64,000 nt of DNA from an uncultured bacterium (GTDB taxonomy: Bacteria > UBP14 > UBA6098). Every line of letters begins with the position of its first letter. The first letter of the stretch is position 1. Location: positions 8,007-72,006 of the forward strand of contig CAYWOR010000013.1 in the NCBI GenBank assembly GCA_964459995.1, given 5' to 3'. This document shows positions 1 through 9,498 of this stretch, one piece after another. The notes under the pieces are model-generated. The model searched no databases. It had not been told where the DNA came from and worked only from the letters and a program-made list of their open reading frames with translations. Position numbers and translations under genes: made by a program.

Positions 1-1
1 T

Positions 2-718
2 GCCCTCGGAGTCGCTCTCGGTGCGGAGATATGCGAAATCTACACCGATGTCGAGGGAGTTTTCTCCGCCGATCCGAAGAGAGTTACCTCATCGCACCTA
101 ATCGACGAAATTACCTACCGCGAAACACTCGATATGGCCTATTTCGGCGCGAAAGTCCTTCATTCGAGATGTGTCGAGCTGGCGCGTGCGGCGAATCTGC
201 CGCTACGCGTTGCTTCGAGCATGACCGACACGAAAGGAACAATGATTGTGGAAAAAATCAAAGGTATGGAACGCCCACGCTTTGTAGGCATATCACGGCG
301 CGACAATATTTTCTCATGCCGTGCGAACCTTTCCGGTGCAGAGTCGCTTCGGGAGCTGATTTCGGCGTTGGCCGCGCAAAGGGTGCATGTCGGTTTTCCG
401 CGTGCGGAGAAAATTTCCGGTGGATGGAGCTTCTCCTTTTGGGCTGACGAGGCCGATTTCGAGCGCGTCCGCAAACTCTCTGCAGAGTTCGATCTCGAAA
501 TTGACAGCGATGTCTGTCTAATCGCTCTGATTGGCGAGGAAATCGCACAGAGAGCGGATGTTATGGGCGAGATTGTCCATTTTCTCGGAGAAATTGGTGT
601 CGAACCGTCGCTTATCGACGCCACCCAAACAAGCCTCGCGATGATGTTCTCATGTAACTGCGGCGCGAACGTCGAAGAAGCACTTCACCGAAGATTTGTC
701 GAGGAGAGCGTATTTTGA
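2..718 (+). CDS. lysC: Aspartokinase (5'-truncated by window edge)
   Basis: Frame open from nt 2: ALGVALGAEICEIYTDVEGVFSADP...GAKVLHSRCVE motifs, then ACT-like C-terminal region; directly upstream of asd. Confidence 0.9.
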   Translation, partial: ALGVALGAEICEIYTDVEGVFSADPKRVTSSHLIDEITYRETLDMAYFGAKVLHSRCVELARAANLPLRVASSMTDTKGTMIVEKIKGMERPRFVGISRRDNIFSCRANLSGAESLRELISALAAQRVHVGFPRAEKISGGWSFSFWADEADFERVRKLSAEFDLEIDSDVCLIALIGEEIAQRADVMGEIVHFLGEIGVEPSLIDATQTSLAMMFSCNCGANVEEALHRRFVEESVF

Positions 719-1695
719 GCATTTCCGATTCCAGATTGGCGATTGTCGGTGCGACAGGTCTTGTCGGCGAGAACCTTTTGCGAATTCTCGAAGAACGTGG
801 ACATAAGCCTCGTCTTACACTTTTCGCTTCAGAACGGTCTCAGGGTAAGAAAATTGCCTTCGCCGGCATGGAGCAATCAGTTATCGCCCTAACTCGCGAT
901 AAAATAGGAGATTACGATTTTGCGGTTTTCGCCGCAGGAGGGAAAATCTCACGCGAATATGCACCGATTTTCGCGCAGAAAGGGTGCGTCGTTATCGACA
1001 AATCCTCGGCGTGGCGCGCGGATCCGCAATGTCCGCTCGTGATTCCACAAATTAACGCCCACGCTCTTACCAATATTCCGCGAGGGATAATCGCCAGCCC
1101 GAACTGCTCGACCACCGGCCTCGTCCTCGTGCTAAAGCCCCTTATCGACGCCTTTGGAGTCCCTGAGCATATCGTTGTGGCGACATTCCAATCGGTCAGC
1201 GGAGCAGGAAGAGCCGCATCAGAAGCCCTTCTTCGCCAACGCGATAGCGATTCTTCACCGGCACCATTCCCCGCGATGATTCACGATAACATCATTCCGG
1301 CTATCGGCGAAATCGACGAAACGCTATTTTATACAGAAGAGACAAAACTCAGCGAGGAATCGCGTAAGATATTGGAAATAGAAGAGTTACAGATAAGCGG
1401 CACGGCGGTAAGAGTTCCGGTCGAAATTGGACACTCCGAGGCTGTAACAATTCTCTGGAAAAACGACATCTCCCTCGAAGGGGCGATAGAAGAGCTTCGC
1501 AAAGCACCGACAATAGAAATATCCGAGTTGCCCATGCCCTCGAACTGCGCAGGGCGCGATTCTGTCATCGTCGGGAGAATTAGAAAAACCCCCAAAACTT
1601 CGGGGGTTTTGAACCTATTTTTATGTTTCGATAACCTTCGGCGCGGCGCGGCGACCAACGCCGTCGATATTCTGGAGGCGATTGCGGAGTGTTAA
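715..1695 (+). CDS. asd: Aspartate-semialdehyde dehydrogenase
   Basis: GATGLVG, PNCST catalytic Cys, QSVSGAG, RVPV..GHSE, DNLRRGAATNA. Confidence 0.95.
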   Translation: MSISDSRLAIVGATGLVGENLLRILEERGHKPRLTLFASERSQGKKIAFAGMEQSVIALTRDKIGDYDFAVFAAGGKISREYAPIFAQKGCVVIDKSSAWRADPQCPLVIPQINAHALTNIPRGIIASPNCSTTGLVLVLKPLIDAFGVPEHIVVATFQSVSGAGRAASEALLRQRDSDSSPAPFPAMIHDNIIPAIGEIDETLFYTEETKLSEESRKILEIEELQISGTAVRVPVEIGHSEAVTILWKNDISLEGAIEELRKAPTIEISELPMPSNCAGRDSVIVGRIRKTPKTSGVLNLFLCFDNLRRGAATNAVDILEAIAEC

Positions 1696-1865
1696 ACCTC
1701 GTCGGGAGACTTTTTACGCGCTTTCTCCCAAATCCCCATCGCGACAACCGCGACGAAGATGAAAGCAAAATAGAGAATTGTCATTGTTTGCATCGATAAA
1801 TCCGCCACGATTGTAATAGCCGCGGGAATTAGAGCATATATGAACCAAAGAATCCAGGCAATCAT
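1692..1865 (-). CDS. Small membrane protein, 57 aa (below ORF-track cutoff)
   Basis: GGAGG RBS 5 nt before ATG; MIAWILWFIYALIPAAITIVADLSMQTMTILYFAFIFVAVVAMGIWEKARKKSPDEV*; two hydrophobic segments and a basic tail; fills the gap. Confidence 0.7.
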   Translation of the reverse strand: MIAWILWFIYALIPAAITIVADLSMQTMTILYFAFIFVAVVAMGIWEKARKKSPDEV

Positions 1866-1927
1866 GTTTTCCTCCGTCGTTTAGACTGAAAAAATACCGA
1901 GCCTGAGAGAAAAGTCAAGGAGTTATT

Positions 1928-2413
1928 TTGTCAAACACGATAGACCAAGGACATAAACGCCCCGATTGGGACACCTATTTCATGCGCATGGCCTCGCTGG
2001 TTGCAAGCCGCTCGACCTGTCTTCGCAGGCATGTTGGCGCGATTCTCGTCCGCGACCGCCGAATTCTGGCCTCCGGATACAACGGCGCGCCCCAAAAACT
2101 CGACCATTGCCTCGATGTCGGATGCCTCCGTGCAGAGTTGGGAATCCCAAGCGGCCAGCGTCATGAGCTTTGCAGGGGTATTCACGCAGAGCAGAACGCG
2201 ATTATTCAAGCCGCGCTATTCGGAGTGAGCACCCAGGATTCCGTGCTTTATTGCACAACCAAGCCCTGCATAATCTGCACGAAAATGCTTATTAACGCCG
2301 GCGTGAAGAGATTCGTTGTCGGAGAGCTTTATCCAGACGACCTCGCCGACGGTTTTGTCAAAGAAGCCGGAATCGAGCTGATTAATCTTCCCTTGGAAGA
2401 GGTTTTAGAATAA
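1928..2413 (+). CDS. dCMP deaminase (ComEB-like cytidine/deoxycytidylate deaminase)
   Basis: [26 protein letters not shown], PCxxC zinc motifs. Confidence 0.9.
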   Translation: MSNTIDQGHKRPDWDTYFMRMASLVASRSTCLRRHVGAILVRDRRILASGYNGAPQKLDHCLDVGCLRAELGIPSGQRHELCRGIHAEQNAIIQAALFGVSTQDSVLYCTTKPCIICTKMLINAGVKRFVVGELYPDDLADGFVKEAGIELINLPLEEVLE

Positions 2414-2416
2414 AAA

Positions 2417-2851
2417 ATGCGCGCCTTTTTAGCAATAATCGCTCTATCGAGCCTTTTAACGCTCTCCTGCGGGCTTGTCGATAGATACGAAATCGCCTTC
2501 GATGTTGACGGAAGAACATTGAACGCCGCCGGCGCTACAATATGTCTTCAGAAAGTCGATGATGTCTTTGTCGCAAGCCTCACCGACCGTGCATCCACAA
2601 TGAAACTCGAATGGACTGTGCCTGAGAAGACCCCCTCAAAATGGCACGGCGGGAGATTCCGCGGCACGCTTATCGAGGTCAATACGCCGCCCGTTTTCCA
2701 CGAATTCCAAGAAAATATGGTCGGGATTCTAATCGAGATTACAGATGTTACCGGCAGAACAGTATCGGGGAAATTCTCAGGGCAGGTCGGTCTCGGCGAG
2801 GGGTCTATACAAATAGACAACGGCGTTTTTCGCGCCTATGTAGAATTCTAA
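2417..2851 (+). CDS. Hypothetical lipoprotein
   Basis: Signal peptide with lipobox LSC; abuts upstream gene. Confidence 0.7.
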   Translation: MRAFLAIIALSSLLTLSCGLVDRYEIAFDVDGRTLNAAGATICLQKVDDVFVASLTDRASTMKLEWTVPEKTPSKWHGGRFRGTLIEVNTPPVFHEFQENMVGILIEITDVTGRTVSGKFSGQVGLGEGSIQIDNGVFRAYVEF

Positions 2852-3723
2852 CCCGCCTCATACTCTTGCGCCCAGCCATTCAGATCCGACCGCCTGAAAG
2901 CCTCCAGCGCGGTGCGCCATTCGGCCTTTGTGAGCCTGCGGTTTATCGAGGCCATATCGACCGCCTTATAGGCCGGAAAATACTGCGCCATCAACGAAAC
3001 ATAGGTGTTCGGCGATATTTCTTCGGCGATAAATCTCAACGCCTCGGCAGTGTCCGCAATCCCTCCGGGAAGAACCAAATGCCGCACCAGAAGCCCCTTT
3101 GTGGCGATTTCGTCATCGTCGAAAACAAGATCCCCCACCTGACGATGCATTTCCCTAAGCGCCGCGAGATTAATAACAGGATAATCCTCGGCATTAGAAA
3201 GCTTTTTGGCTATTTCCGCCCGGCGATAGCGGATGTCGGGCATATAAATATCGACGAGTCCCTCCAGTCGTTTTAACTGCTCTAATGAATCGTAACCGCT
3301 TGTGTTATATACGATTGGAATTGATAGCCCTTCATCTCGTGCCGTAGCAATCGCAGATTCGAGCGCGATCGTGGCATGCGATGGCGTTACAAAATTGATG
3401 TTATGAGCACCGCGCGACTGAAGTTTCAACATCGCCGAGACGAGGCCGTCGAGGGTTAATTCCGTGCCGTGCCCGAGCTGGCTAAGCGGGTAATTCTGAC
3501 AGAACACACAGGACAAATTGCATCCGGCAAAAAAAATAGTCCCGCTTCCGCGACTGCCGGAGATAGGCGGCTCCTCGCCATGGTGAAGATTCGCGCTTGA
3601 CAATTTCGGCACAGGCGGCGAGGCGCAATATCCCTTCGACTCGAAACGGTTTGCACCGCATTTTCGAGGGCATTCGCTACACGAGCGCAAACGAGCGGTT
3701 TGTTCTGCAGTAAAATCGACCAT
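2848..3723 (-). CDS. Radical SAM protein, PflX family
   Basis: CxxCPRxCG N-terminus, HHGEEPPISG, CNLSCVFCQN motif, RHLVLPG. Confidence 0.88.
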   Translation of the reverse strand: MVDFTAEQTARLRSCSECPRKCGANRFESKGYCASPPVPKLSSANLHHGEEPPISGSRGSGTIFFAGCNLSCVFCQNYPLSQLGHGTELTLDGLVSAMLKLQSRGAHNINFVTPSHATIALESAIATARDEGLSIPIVYNTSGYDSLEQLKRLEGLVDIYMPDIRYRRAEIAKKLSNAEDYPVINLAALREMHRQVGDLVFDDDEIATKGLLVRHLVLPGGIADTAEALRFIAEEISPNTYVSLMAQYFPAYKAVDMASINRRLTKAEWRTALEAFRRSDLNGWAQEYEAG

Positions 3724-3726
3724 TCG

Positions 3727-4665
3727 CTATGCCTTTTTCTCCGCTTCTCGAGCCTTTTTTTCAAAAACCGCTTTCGCCTCGGAATATCCCGCCTCCATCG
3801 TCTTTTTGATTTTTTCCTGATCGAACTCAAGAATATCGATGAAATCTTCTTGCGGCTCGACAAGCGTAATCTCGATATGTCTATATTCACGAAGAGGGAA
3901 GTCCTCGCTCTTTTCGGCAAAATGGAATAATATGCCTTCGACGATATTTCCTTTCCCCTTCATTGTGCCCCATTTCGAGACGATCTCGTTGATGCTTCGG
4001 CATCGGTCGATGTCGATATTGACCATCTCGGATTGAATCAATTCGAGGCATCGTTGCGCCGTTTCGATTATAGTCTCGGGTTTTTCTTTCGCGCGAAGGT
4101 TTGTAAGCGGGCGTGTAGCAACGACATCTATCTCGTCGACCCCCAATCGGACAAGCGGCGCGAGCGGCTGGGTGGCGAGAACCCCGCCATCGACGAATTG
4201 ATGGCCGTCTATCTCGACCGGTTCAAATGCCCCGGGAATCGAGCATGATGCCAAAAGCCAATCCACAAGCGGCGAGGCGAATTTGTCCTTCTCGACAAGA
4301 ACACCTTTCTGTAAATCCACAGTCGAAAAGATAAAGTCGATAGGCGACTCGCGAAGTTTATCGATGTTCATTCTCTGCTCGATTTGCTTCCTAAGCGGCT
4401 TCATCGACATTAGTCCTTTATAGAACAATATATTGCCGCCGAAAAAATCGCTGATCGACTTGGCGTTTTCCCAAAGGTCGAGAACGACATCGAAATCCTG
4501 CTGAACTATTCCGATGGCGTTTAGCGCGCCTATCGAGAAACCCGAAACAGCATCATATTTTCTTCCGAGCTCTTTATCGATATATTTCAGCGCACCCGCC
4601 TGAAATGCGCCCTTTGTCCCGCCGCCGGGAAGAAGCAGACCGCGTTTCGTCTTTTTATTATGCAT
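3727..4665 (-). CDS. Patatin-like phospholipase
   Basis: GGGTKG, GFSIG (GxSxG), DGG motifs; start placed at MHNKK after AGGGG. Confidence 0.88.
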   Translation of the reverse strand: MHNKKTKRGLLLPGGGTKGAFQAGALKYIDKELGRKYDAVSGFSIGALNAIGIVQQDFDVVLDLWENAKSISDFFGGNILFYKGLMSMKPLRKQIEQRMNIDKLRESPIDFIFSTVDLQKGVLVEKDKFASPLVDWLLASCSIPGAFEPVEIDGHQFVDGGVLATQPLAPLVRLGVDEIDVVATRPLTNLRAKEKPETIIETAQRCLELIQSEMVNIDIDRCRSINEIVSKWGTMKGKGNIVEGILFHFAEKSEDFPLREYRHIEITLVEPQEDFIDILEFDQEKIKKTMEAGYSEAKAVFEKKAREAEKKA

Positions 4666-4777
4666 AAGAACCCCTTTTAATCGAACATAATATACAAAGG
4701 GACATTTGATTATCCAGATAAATCTAAACTGCAGAATCATGCGGAATCTAATGCAGTTTATTGACTAATTGTTAAAC

Positions 4778-4804
4778 AAAAAAAGGGCGGAAATCCGCCC
4801 TTTT
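4778..4804. terminator. Intrinsic terminator for the redox operon (minus strand; possibly bidirectional)
   Basis: aaaagggcgg-aaat-ccgccctttt hairpin with A/T tracts. Confidence 0.8.
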
Positions 4805-4826
4805 GCTGATTTTCGGAAAAATCCTA

Positions 4827-5312
4827 TTAGAGGCTCTTCAGACGTTCCGTCAGGGAGATAACGTGGCCCTGCTCTTCGCGGATAACCTCCTCGACCTTGT
4901 CCTTGCCGAGTCTCGCCGGAACCATGTCCCGAATTCCGAGATAAAAAAGAATCGCCTGCTTCTCAAGCTGAATCGCGAGCTTGATTATCTCTTTGAAAGA
5001 CTCCTCACCGGTCATCCCGGCGGCTATTTCGGGGCTTCCCTCGGCGACATCCGCGTCGGCGATTGCCTGAAGATACTTCGCGGCATCGTCATAAGGATCG
5101 AAATACGCGTTACGCTGGTCCTCGGGAAGTTCCTCACGCATTTTGATGAAGATATCCTTGTGTGTTCTCTCCATCTCTGCGAGTTTCTCCAACTCCGCGC
5201 TAACCTCGGGGTCTTTGTGTTTTGCGGCGAGATCGCTATACATCTTGGCGGCGTTCTTCTCCGCCTTGATTGCCATCTCGAAAATCTCGTCGGCTGTGTA
5301 GTTGATTCCCAT
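4827..5312 (-). CDS. Rubrerythrin-type ferritin-like protein (no rubredoxin domain)
   Basis: Two ExxH diiron motifs (EMERTH, EEQGH), AIxxE..Y helices. Confidence 0.85.
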   Translation of the reverse strand: MGINYTADEIFEMAIKAEKNAAKMYSDLAAKHKDPEVSAELEKLAEMERTHKDIFIKMREELPEDQRNAYFDPYDDAAKYLQAIADADVAEGSPEIAAGMTGEESFKEIIKLAIQLEKQAILFYLGIRDMVPARLGKDKVEEVIREEQGHVISLTERLKSL

Positions 5313-5316
5313 TGCC

Positions 5317-5832
5317 CTATTCTCCTTGTTGTGTGGGAGGCGTGAATACCCTCGCCCCCAATTCCTTATCCAGCATGAACATCGCGCCGGTATTGTTGCC
5401 GATTAATTCGAGCTTGCGGACTATCTCGTCAGCTGTGGCTTCCTCCTCGACCTGCTCGCCAACGAACCATTGAAGGAAGTTGAAGGACGCCCTGTCGCGA
5501 AGCTCGTCGGCGATATCCACGAGGTCGTTAATCCGGCTCGTAACATACTGTTCGTGCTTATAAGCGGATTTGAAAACAGCGAGCGCGGATTCCCATTCGA
5601 AATCGGGTCCATTTATGGCGGCAAGTTTGACCCTTCCGCCGCGTTCGGCAACATAGCCGAAAAATTTCATCGCATGGAAAGTCTCCTCCTGAGCCTGAAT
5701 TCTCATCCAGGAAGCCATTCCCGGAAGCCCCGAATCCTCGAAATACGCCGACATGGAAAGATAAAGATAGGCGGAGTATAGCTCGGCGTTTATCTGATCA
5801 TTGATCGCCTTTTCCATCTTCGTGTCTATCAT
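5317..5832 (-). CDS. ftnA: Non-heme ferritin
   Basis: QINAELYSAYLY, QAQEE..H, FLQWFVGEQVEEE. Confidence 0.95.
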   Translation of the reverse strand: MIDTKMEKAINDQINAELYSAYLYLSMSAYFEDSGLPGMASWMRIQAQEETFHAMKFFGYVAERGGRVKLAAINGPDFEWESALAVFKSAYKHEQYVTSRINDLVDIADELRDRASFNFLQWFVGEQVEEEATADEIVRKLELIGNNTGAMFMLDKELGARVFTPPTQQGE

Positions 5833-5834
5833 AT

Positions 5835-6224
5835 CTATCCTTTCCAGAGTTTGTGGATATTACAATACTCTCTCGCCTTCAACTCGTCAATACAATTCTT
5901 ACAAAGATGAAAAACCGCCTGCGGTTCGTCGCCCGGCTGAAGGAATTTCCTTAGCGAGAGTTTGCCGTCGGCTGTGATAACCTGAATCCACTCGATGTAG
6001 TGCTTTTCTTCCATCGGATGCAGAGTGCTTCCGACATAAACCCTGACATCGGTGCCGTTCTTTTCGATAACTGGCACATGTTTTTCTTTTGCCATTTCCG
6101 CGGTTTGCTCTTCCATGAGGCTCATTGGCTGGTTACAGCAGACGAGCTGTCCTTTTCCGCCATGAAGAACCTCGACGATATTCCCGCAGATTTCGCATTT
6201 ATAGATTTCGAGTTTTTCCGCCAT
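5835..6224 (-). CDS. dfx: Desulfoferrodoxin (2Fe superoxide reductase)
   Basis: CxxCGN...CC desulforedoxin domain, [21 protein letters not shown]. Confidence 0.95.
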   Translation of the reverse strand: MAEKLEIYKCEICGNIVEVLHGGKGQLVCCNQPMSLMEEQTAEMAKEKHVPVIEKNGTDVRVYVGSTLHPMEEKHYIEWIQVITADGKLSLRKFLQPGDEPQAVFHLCKNCIDELKAREYCNIHKLWKG

Positions 6225-6248
6225 TTTTTCCTCGCTTTTTTTAATAAA

Positions 6249-6944
6249 TTAGATCTTCTTGTGGCAGAACCACCAGTCGAGACACTCGTGATTTTTGTTT
6301 TCGAGCCTTTCTTTTCGATCTTTTTCGCTCTTCGGAGGTGGCACGATAACATGGTCTCTGACGATGCCGTTGTTAGGCCAATCAGCCGGCATGGCTACTT
6401 TGCTGTTGTCGGCAATCTGAAGACCACGCACCATACGGATTATCTCTGCCATGTTTCTTCCAAGCTCCTGCGGATAATACAGAATCGCCCGAATGATTCC
6501 CTTCGGATCGACAATGAAGACCGCACGGACAGTGTTCGACCCTTTTCCGGGGTGGATTAGGCCGAGCTCCTCGGCAATAGTGCCGTCGTCGGCGATTATC
6601 GGGAAAGTAATCTCGACGCCGAGCTTTTCATGAATCCATTCCGTCCATTTCATATGGGCGAAAACCTGGTCTATCGAAAGGCCGATAAGCTCGCAGTTAA
6701 GCTCGTCGAACTCCGCCTTAAGCTTCTGAAACGCGACGAACTCAGTTGTGCATACCGGAGTAAAGTCCCCCGGATGGCTAAACAAAACGAACCACTTGCC
6801 TTCGAAATCGTCCGGAATTGTCATCACACCATGGGTTGTCTGCACCTCGAAAGGTGGCATCTCGTCGCCGATGAGCGGCATCGAGTAGTATTCTTCTTCG
6901 CAGTCGCAGTCCTGACCGCAGTCACATTTGTAATCTTCGCACAT
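6249..6944 (-). CDS. Peroxiredoxin (Prx6/archaeal-type) with Cys/acidic N-terminal extension
   Basis: [28 protein letters not shown]. Confidence 0.93.
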   Translation of the reverse strand: MCEDYKCDCGQDCDCEEEYYSMPLIGDEMPPFEVQTTHGVMTIPDDFEGKWFVLFSHPGDFTPVCTTEFVAFQKLKAEFDELNCELIGLSIDQVFAHMKWTEWIHEKLGVEITFPIIADDGTIAEELGLIHPGKGSNTVRAVFIVDPKGIIRAILYYPQELGRNMAEIIRMVRGLQIADNSKVAMPADWPNNGIVRDHVIVPPPKSEKDRKERLENKNHECLDWWFCHKKI

Positions 6945-6962
6945 GCTTGTCTCCTTTATGGT

Positions 6963-7175
6963 TTATTTAACTTCGCCCGTAGCGGCATATTTGCATTGCT
7001 TCGGGCTGTGAACTAATCCGTCGGCCTTGAGTTCTTTGAGCGCCGCGGAAACATCCTTGGGGTCGATGCCGGTTTTCTCGGCGATTTCTTTCGCGCCAAG
7101 AGGCACATCGCTGTCAGACAGCGTCTTCAGCACAAGCTTCGATGCCGAATCGCAATTCGGTTTTTTACAGCTCAT
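6963..7175 (-). CDS. Small winged-helix protein
   Basis: EIAEKTGIDPKDVSAALKELKADGLVHSPK HTH pattern; operonic. Confidence 0.75.
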   Translation of the reverse strand: MSCKKPNCDSASKLVLKTLSDSDVPLGAKEIAEKTGIDPKDVSAALKELKADGLVHSPKQCKYAATGEVK

Positions 7176-7177
7176 TT

Positions 7178-7594
7178 TTACTCCTCTTTTATTGTTAATT
7201 TAAATTTGCATTCCGGGCAGATGCCGTAAATATCGACATTACAGCCAAGCACCTCGTAATCCGTTTGGCCGGCGCAATCCTCGATTACCTCTTGCGGTTT
7301 CTCGAAAACGATATCCTCAAGTTTTCCGCATCTTATGCAACGAATGTGACTATGCTCAGATGTGATATAGTCATAACGCCTTTGTCCGCCGCCGGTGTCG
7401 ATTACCTGAACAACACCCTCGCGGCGAAGTATCTCCAGATTGCGATATACCGTGCTTAGGCTTATTTTCGGCATCTTCCTGCGCACCTTTTCGTAGATTT
7501 CGTCGGCAGTCGGATGGCATTTGTTGCCTTCAAGCTCTTCGAGTATGATAGTGCGCTGTTTTGTATTTCTTTTGATTGGATTAATTTTATTCAT
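7178..7594 (-). CDS. Fur/PerR family transcriptional repressor
   Basis: RNTKQR, HPTADEIY, SLSTVYRNL, HxHxxCxxC and CxxC; heads the oxidative-stress operon. Confidence 0.92.
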   Translation of the reverse strand: MNKINPIKRNTKQRTIILEELEGNKCHPTADEIYEKVRRKMPKISLSTVYRNLEILRREGVVQVIDTGGGQRRYDYITSEHSHIRCIRCGKLEDIVFEKPQEVIEDCAGQTDYEVLGCNVDIYGICPECKFKLTIKEE

Positions 7595-7596
7595 AA

Positions 7597-7645
7597 TGCA
7601 AATCGCTTTCATTTGCAAATATATACCTGAGTAGATTAATGTCAA
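7597..7645 (-). promoter_or_regulatory. sigma70 promoter with downstream palindromic operator
   Basis: Minus-strand TTGACA (7645-7640) N16 TATATT (7623-7618); perfect inverted repeat TGCAAAT-N7-ATTTGCA at 7597-7617. Confidence 0.6.
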
Positions 7646-7668
7646 GTAATATCTTTTTCGAAATCATT

Positions 7669-7685
7669 TGCAATAGCAATGCCAA
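7669..7685 (-). promoter_or_regulatory. Candidate sigma54 (-24/-12) promoter
   Basis: Minus strand TTGGCATTGCTATTGCA fits TGGCAY-N5-TTGCW. Confidence 0.45.
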
Positions 7686-7845
7686 AAGATAACCCAAATC
7701 CGAAATGCCGCTCAACTAAGCTTCCGTTCAGACGCACACAGAAAAATTAATTATCAGAAGAAACTCGTTGCCATGCAAAGAACTCAGCTTCATATTATAG
7801 TTAAGCCGAAAAAAACGGCCTACTACAAACTAAATAGGAGAGACA

Positions 7846-8202
7846 ATGCCAAAAATGATCCATTTCGAAATCGGAGTCGATGATCCGGAGCGCGCTGTCG
7901 AGTTCTACGCGAAGGCTTTCGGATGGAAATCGCAGAAGTGGGAAGGCCCCATGGAATACTGGCTTATCGATGCGGGAAGCCCCGAAGAGCCGGGAATCAA
8001 CGGCGGTTTCGCGCGCAGAACACCCGATTCGCTGATCTGCAACACAATCGGCGTGGATAACATCGATGTATATATAGATCGCATTGAAGCGGCCGGCGGC
8101 GAAATCATCGTCCCAAAACAATTGCTACCCGGAGTCGGATGGCTGGCCTATTTTCGCGATTCCGAGGGCAATGTCCTCGGTGTGATTCAGGACGATATGT
8201 AG
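7846..8202 (+). CDS. VOC/glyoxalase family protein
   Basis: HFEI..DDPERA..FY..FGW, GINGG, F.DSEGN; GGAG RBS. Confidence 0.9.
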   Translation: MPKMIHFEIGVDDPERAVEFYAKAFGWKSQKWEGPMEYWLIDAGSPEEPGINGGFARRTPDSLICNTIGVDNIDVYIDRIEAAGGEIIVPKQLLPGVGWLAYFRDSEGNVLGVIQDDM

Positions 8203-8304
8203 AGATTTCGGCGTTTATGGTCGAAAACCTTCGCTCATAAAGTGTTGAAGCTAAATCAAAAACAGCTTGCCGATCCGCCGCATCATAGCTAAAATTAGAG
8301 AACT

Positions 8305-8922
8305 ATGAAAGACGGCGGCGACAGCTACAGAAGTCTAAAGAGCGATGGGCACGCAGAGGCCGTTATCAAAGGTTCGAGGTTCATCGCGAAGGCTTCCCGG
8401 GTTGCTTCCCGAGAGGCATTTAAGGCTCTGCTGGAAGGCGAAATAGCGCGTTTTCCCGATGCCACCCACCATTGCTGGGCTTTCAGAATCGGTATAGATC
8501 GAATCGAGGAGCTTTCCGGCGACGACGGTGAGCCTTCCGGAAGCGCCGGGTTGCCGATCCAAAGAGTTTTATCGGGAACTGGGTTGTCTAACACCGGATG
8601 TATCGTAACTCGATATTTCGGAGGAACAAAGCTCGGAGTTGGCGGTCTGATGCGAGCCTATTCGCAAACCGCCTCCGAGGCTGTTCGCAACGCCGGCATC
8701 GAAGAAAGGGTCATAACAGAGCGGCTCGCACTGAGCCTTCCTTACGAGGCTTTCGGAGAGTTTTCCTCCAACATCGAAAGATTGGGCGGAGCGATAGTCC
8801 AAACCGAATTTGGAGTCGATGTCCTTCTCAAATTCGAGCTTCCGAGAGCCGCCATTGAAGAAATCGCGGATATCGCCGCAAATTTGACCCACGGGAACGC
8901 AGAAATTCTTAAATTAGATTAA
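8305..8922 (+). CDS. yigZ: YigZ/IMPACT family protein
   Basis: IKGSRFIA, ATHHCWA, DDGEPSGSAG, TRYFGGTKLGVGGL. Confidence 0.92.
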   Translation: MKDGGDSYRSLKSDGHAEAVIKGSRFIAKASRVASREAFKALLEGEIARFPDATHHCWAFRIGIDRIEELSGDDGEPSGSAGLPIQRVLSGTGLSNTGCIVTRYFGGTKLGVGGLMRAYSQTASEAVRNAGIEERVITERLALSLPYEAFGEFSSNIERLGGAIVQTEFGVDVLLKFELPRAAIEEIADIAANLTHGNAEILKLD

Positions 8923-8933
8923 ATGAAGGCATT

Positions 8934-9491
8934 ATGAAGCAACGTAACATTTTGTATTATATAATGATAGCCGTTGTCCTAACCTTGTCGTGCGGAGGCG
9001 GAAAAACGGGCGCGGTCGAATCGAAAATAGAAGCCGAAGGCCCCAAAATCCCCGATTTTAGCGCATTCGACAGTGCGGGCAAGGAATTCACCCAAAGGGA
9101 AATATCGAATGGGCCGGCGGTGGCATGTTTCCTCGTAAGTTGGTGCCTTACATGTGGATACGAACTTGTCGCTCTTCAAGAAATCAGCGACGAGATGGCG
9201 AATTACAAAATCCCCATCGTGATATTCTCTTTCGAAGACCCTGCCGAATTTAAACCGCTACTAGATTCACTTAGCGTCAATTTGCCCATCGTGAAGGCCG
9301 ACAGCGCGCTTTTTGCGGGTCTCCGTATCGACGCAATACCAACCCGAATACTTTTCAGCAACGGCAGAGAGGCGATGCGAATCACCGGCGCACCGAGCTT
9401 TAATGACGAAAAATTCCGCATGATGCTCCGCAAAGCGGTCGGCCTGCCCCCAGAAGGCCTCAAAGCAACTTCAGCAAAAACAGATTCATAG
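8934..9491 (+). CDS. TlpA/redoxin-like lipoprotein
   Basis: Lipobox LSC, SWCLTC (CxxC), cis-Pro motif AIPT. Confidence 0.75.
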   Translation: MKQRNILYYIMIAVVLTLSCGGGKTGAVESKIEAEGPKIPDFSAFDSAGKEFTQREISNGPAVACFLVSWCLTCGYELVALQEISDEMANYKIPIVIFSFEDPAEFKPLLDSLSVNLPIVKADSALFAGLRIDAIPTRILFSNGREAMRITGAPSFNDEKFRMMLRKAVGLPPEGLKATSAKTDS

Positions 9492-9498
9492 GAATAAA

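Noticed and set aside
1928-4665. dCMP deaminase plus patatin as an anti-phage system
   Set aside because: Opposite strands, housekeeping-type deaminase, and no cyclase or other defence partner
4680-4707. dif-like site (minus strand TGTATA-TTATGTTCGAT)
   Set aside because: The XerC arm (AAATGTCCCTT) lacks the conserved inner ATAA; better explained as the patatin gene's -10 region
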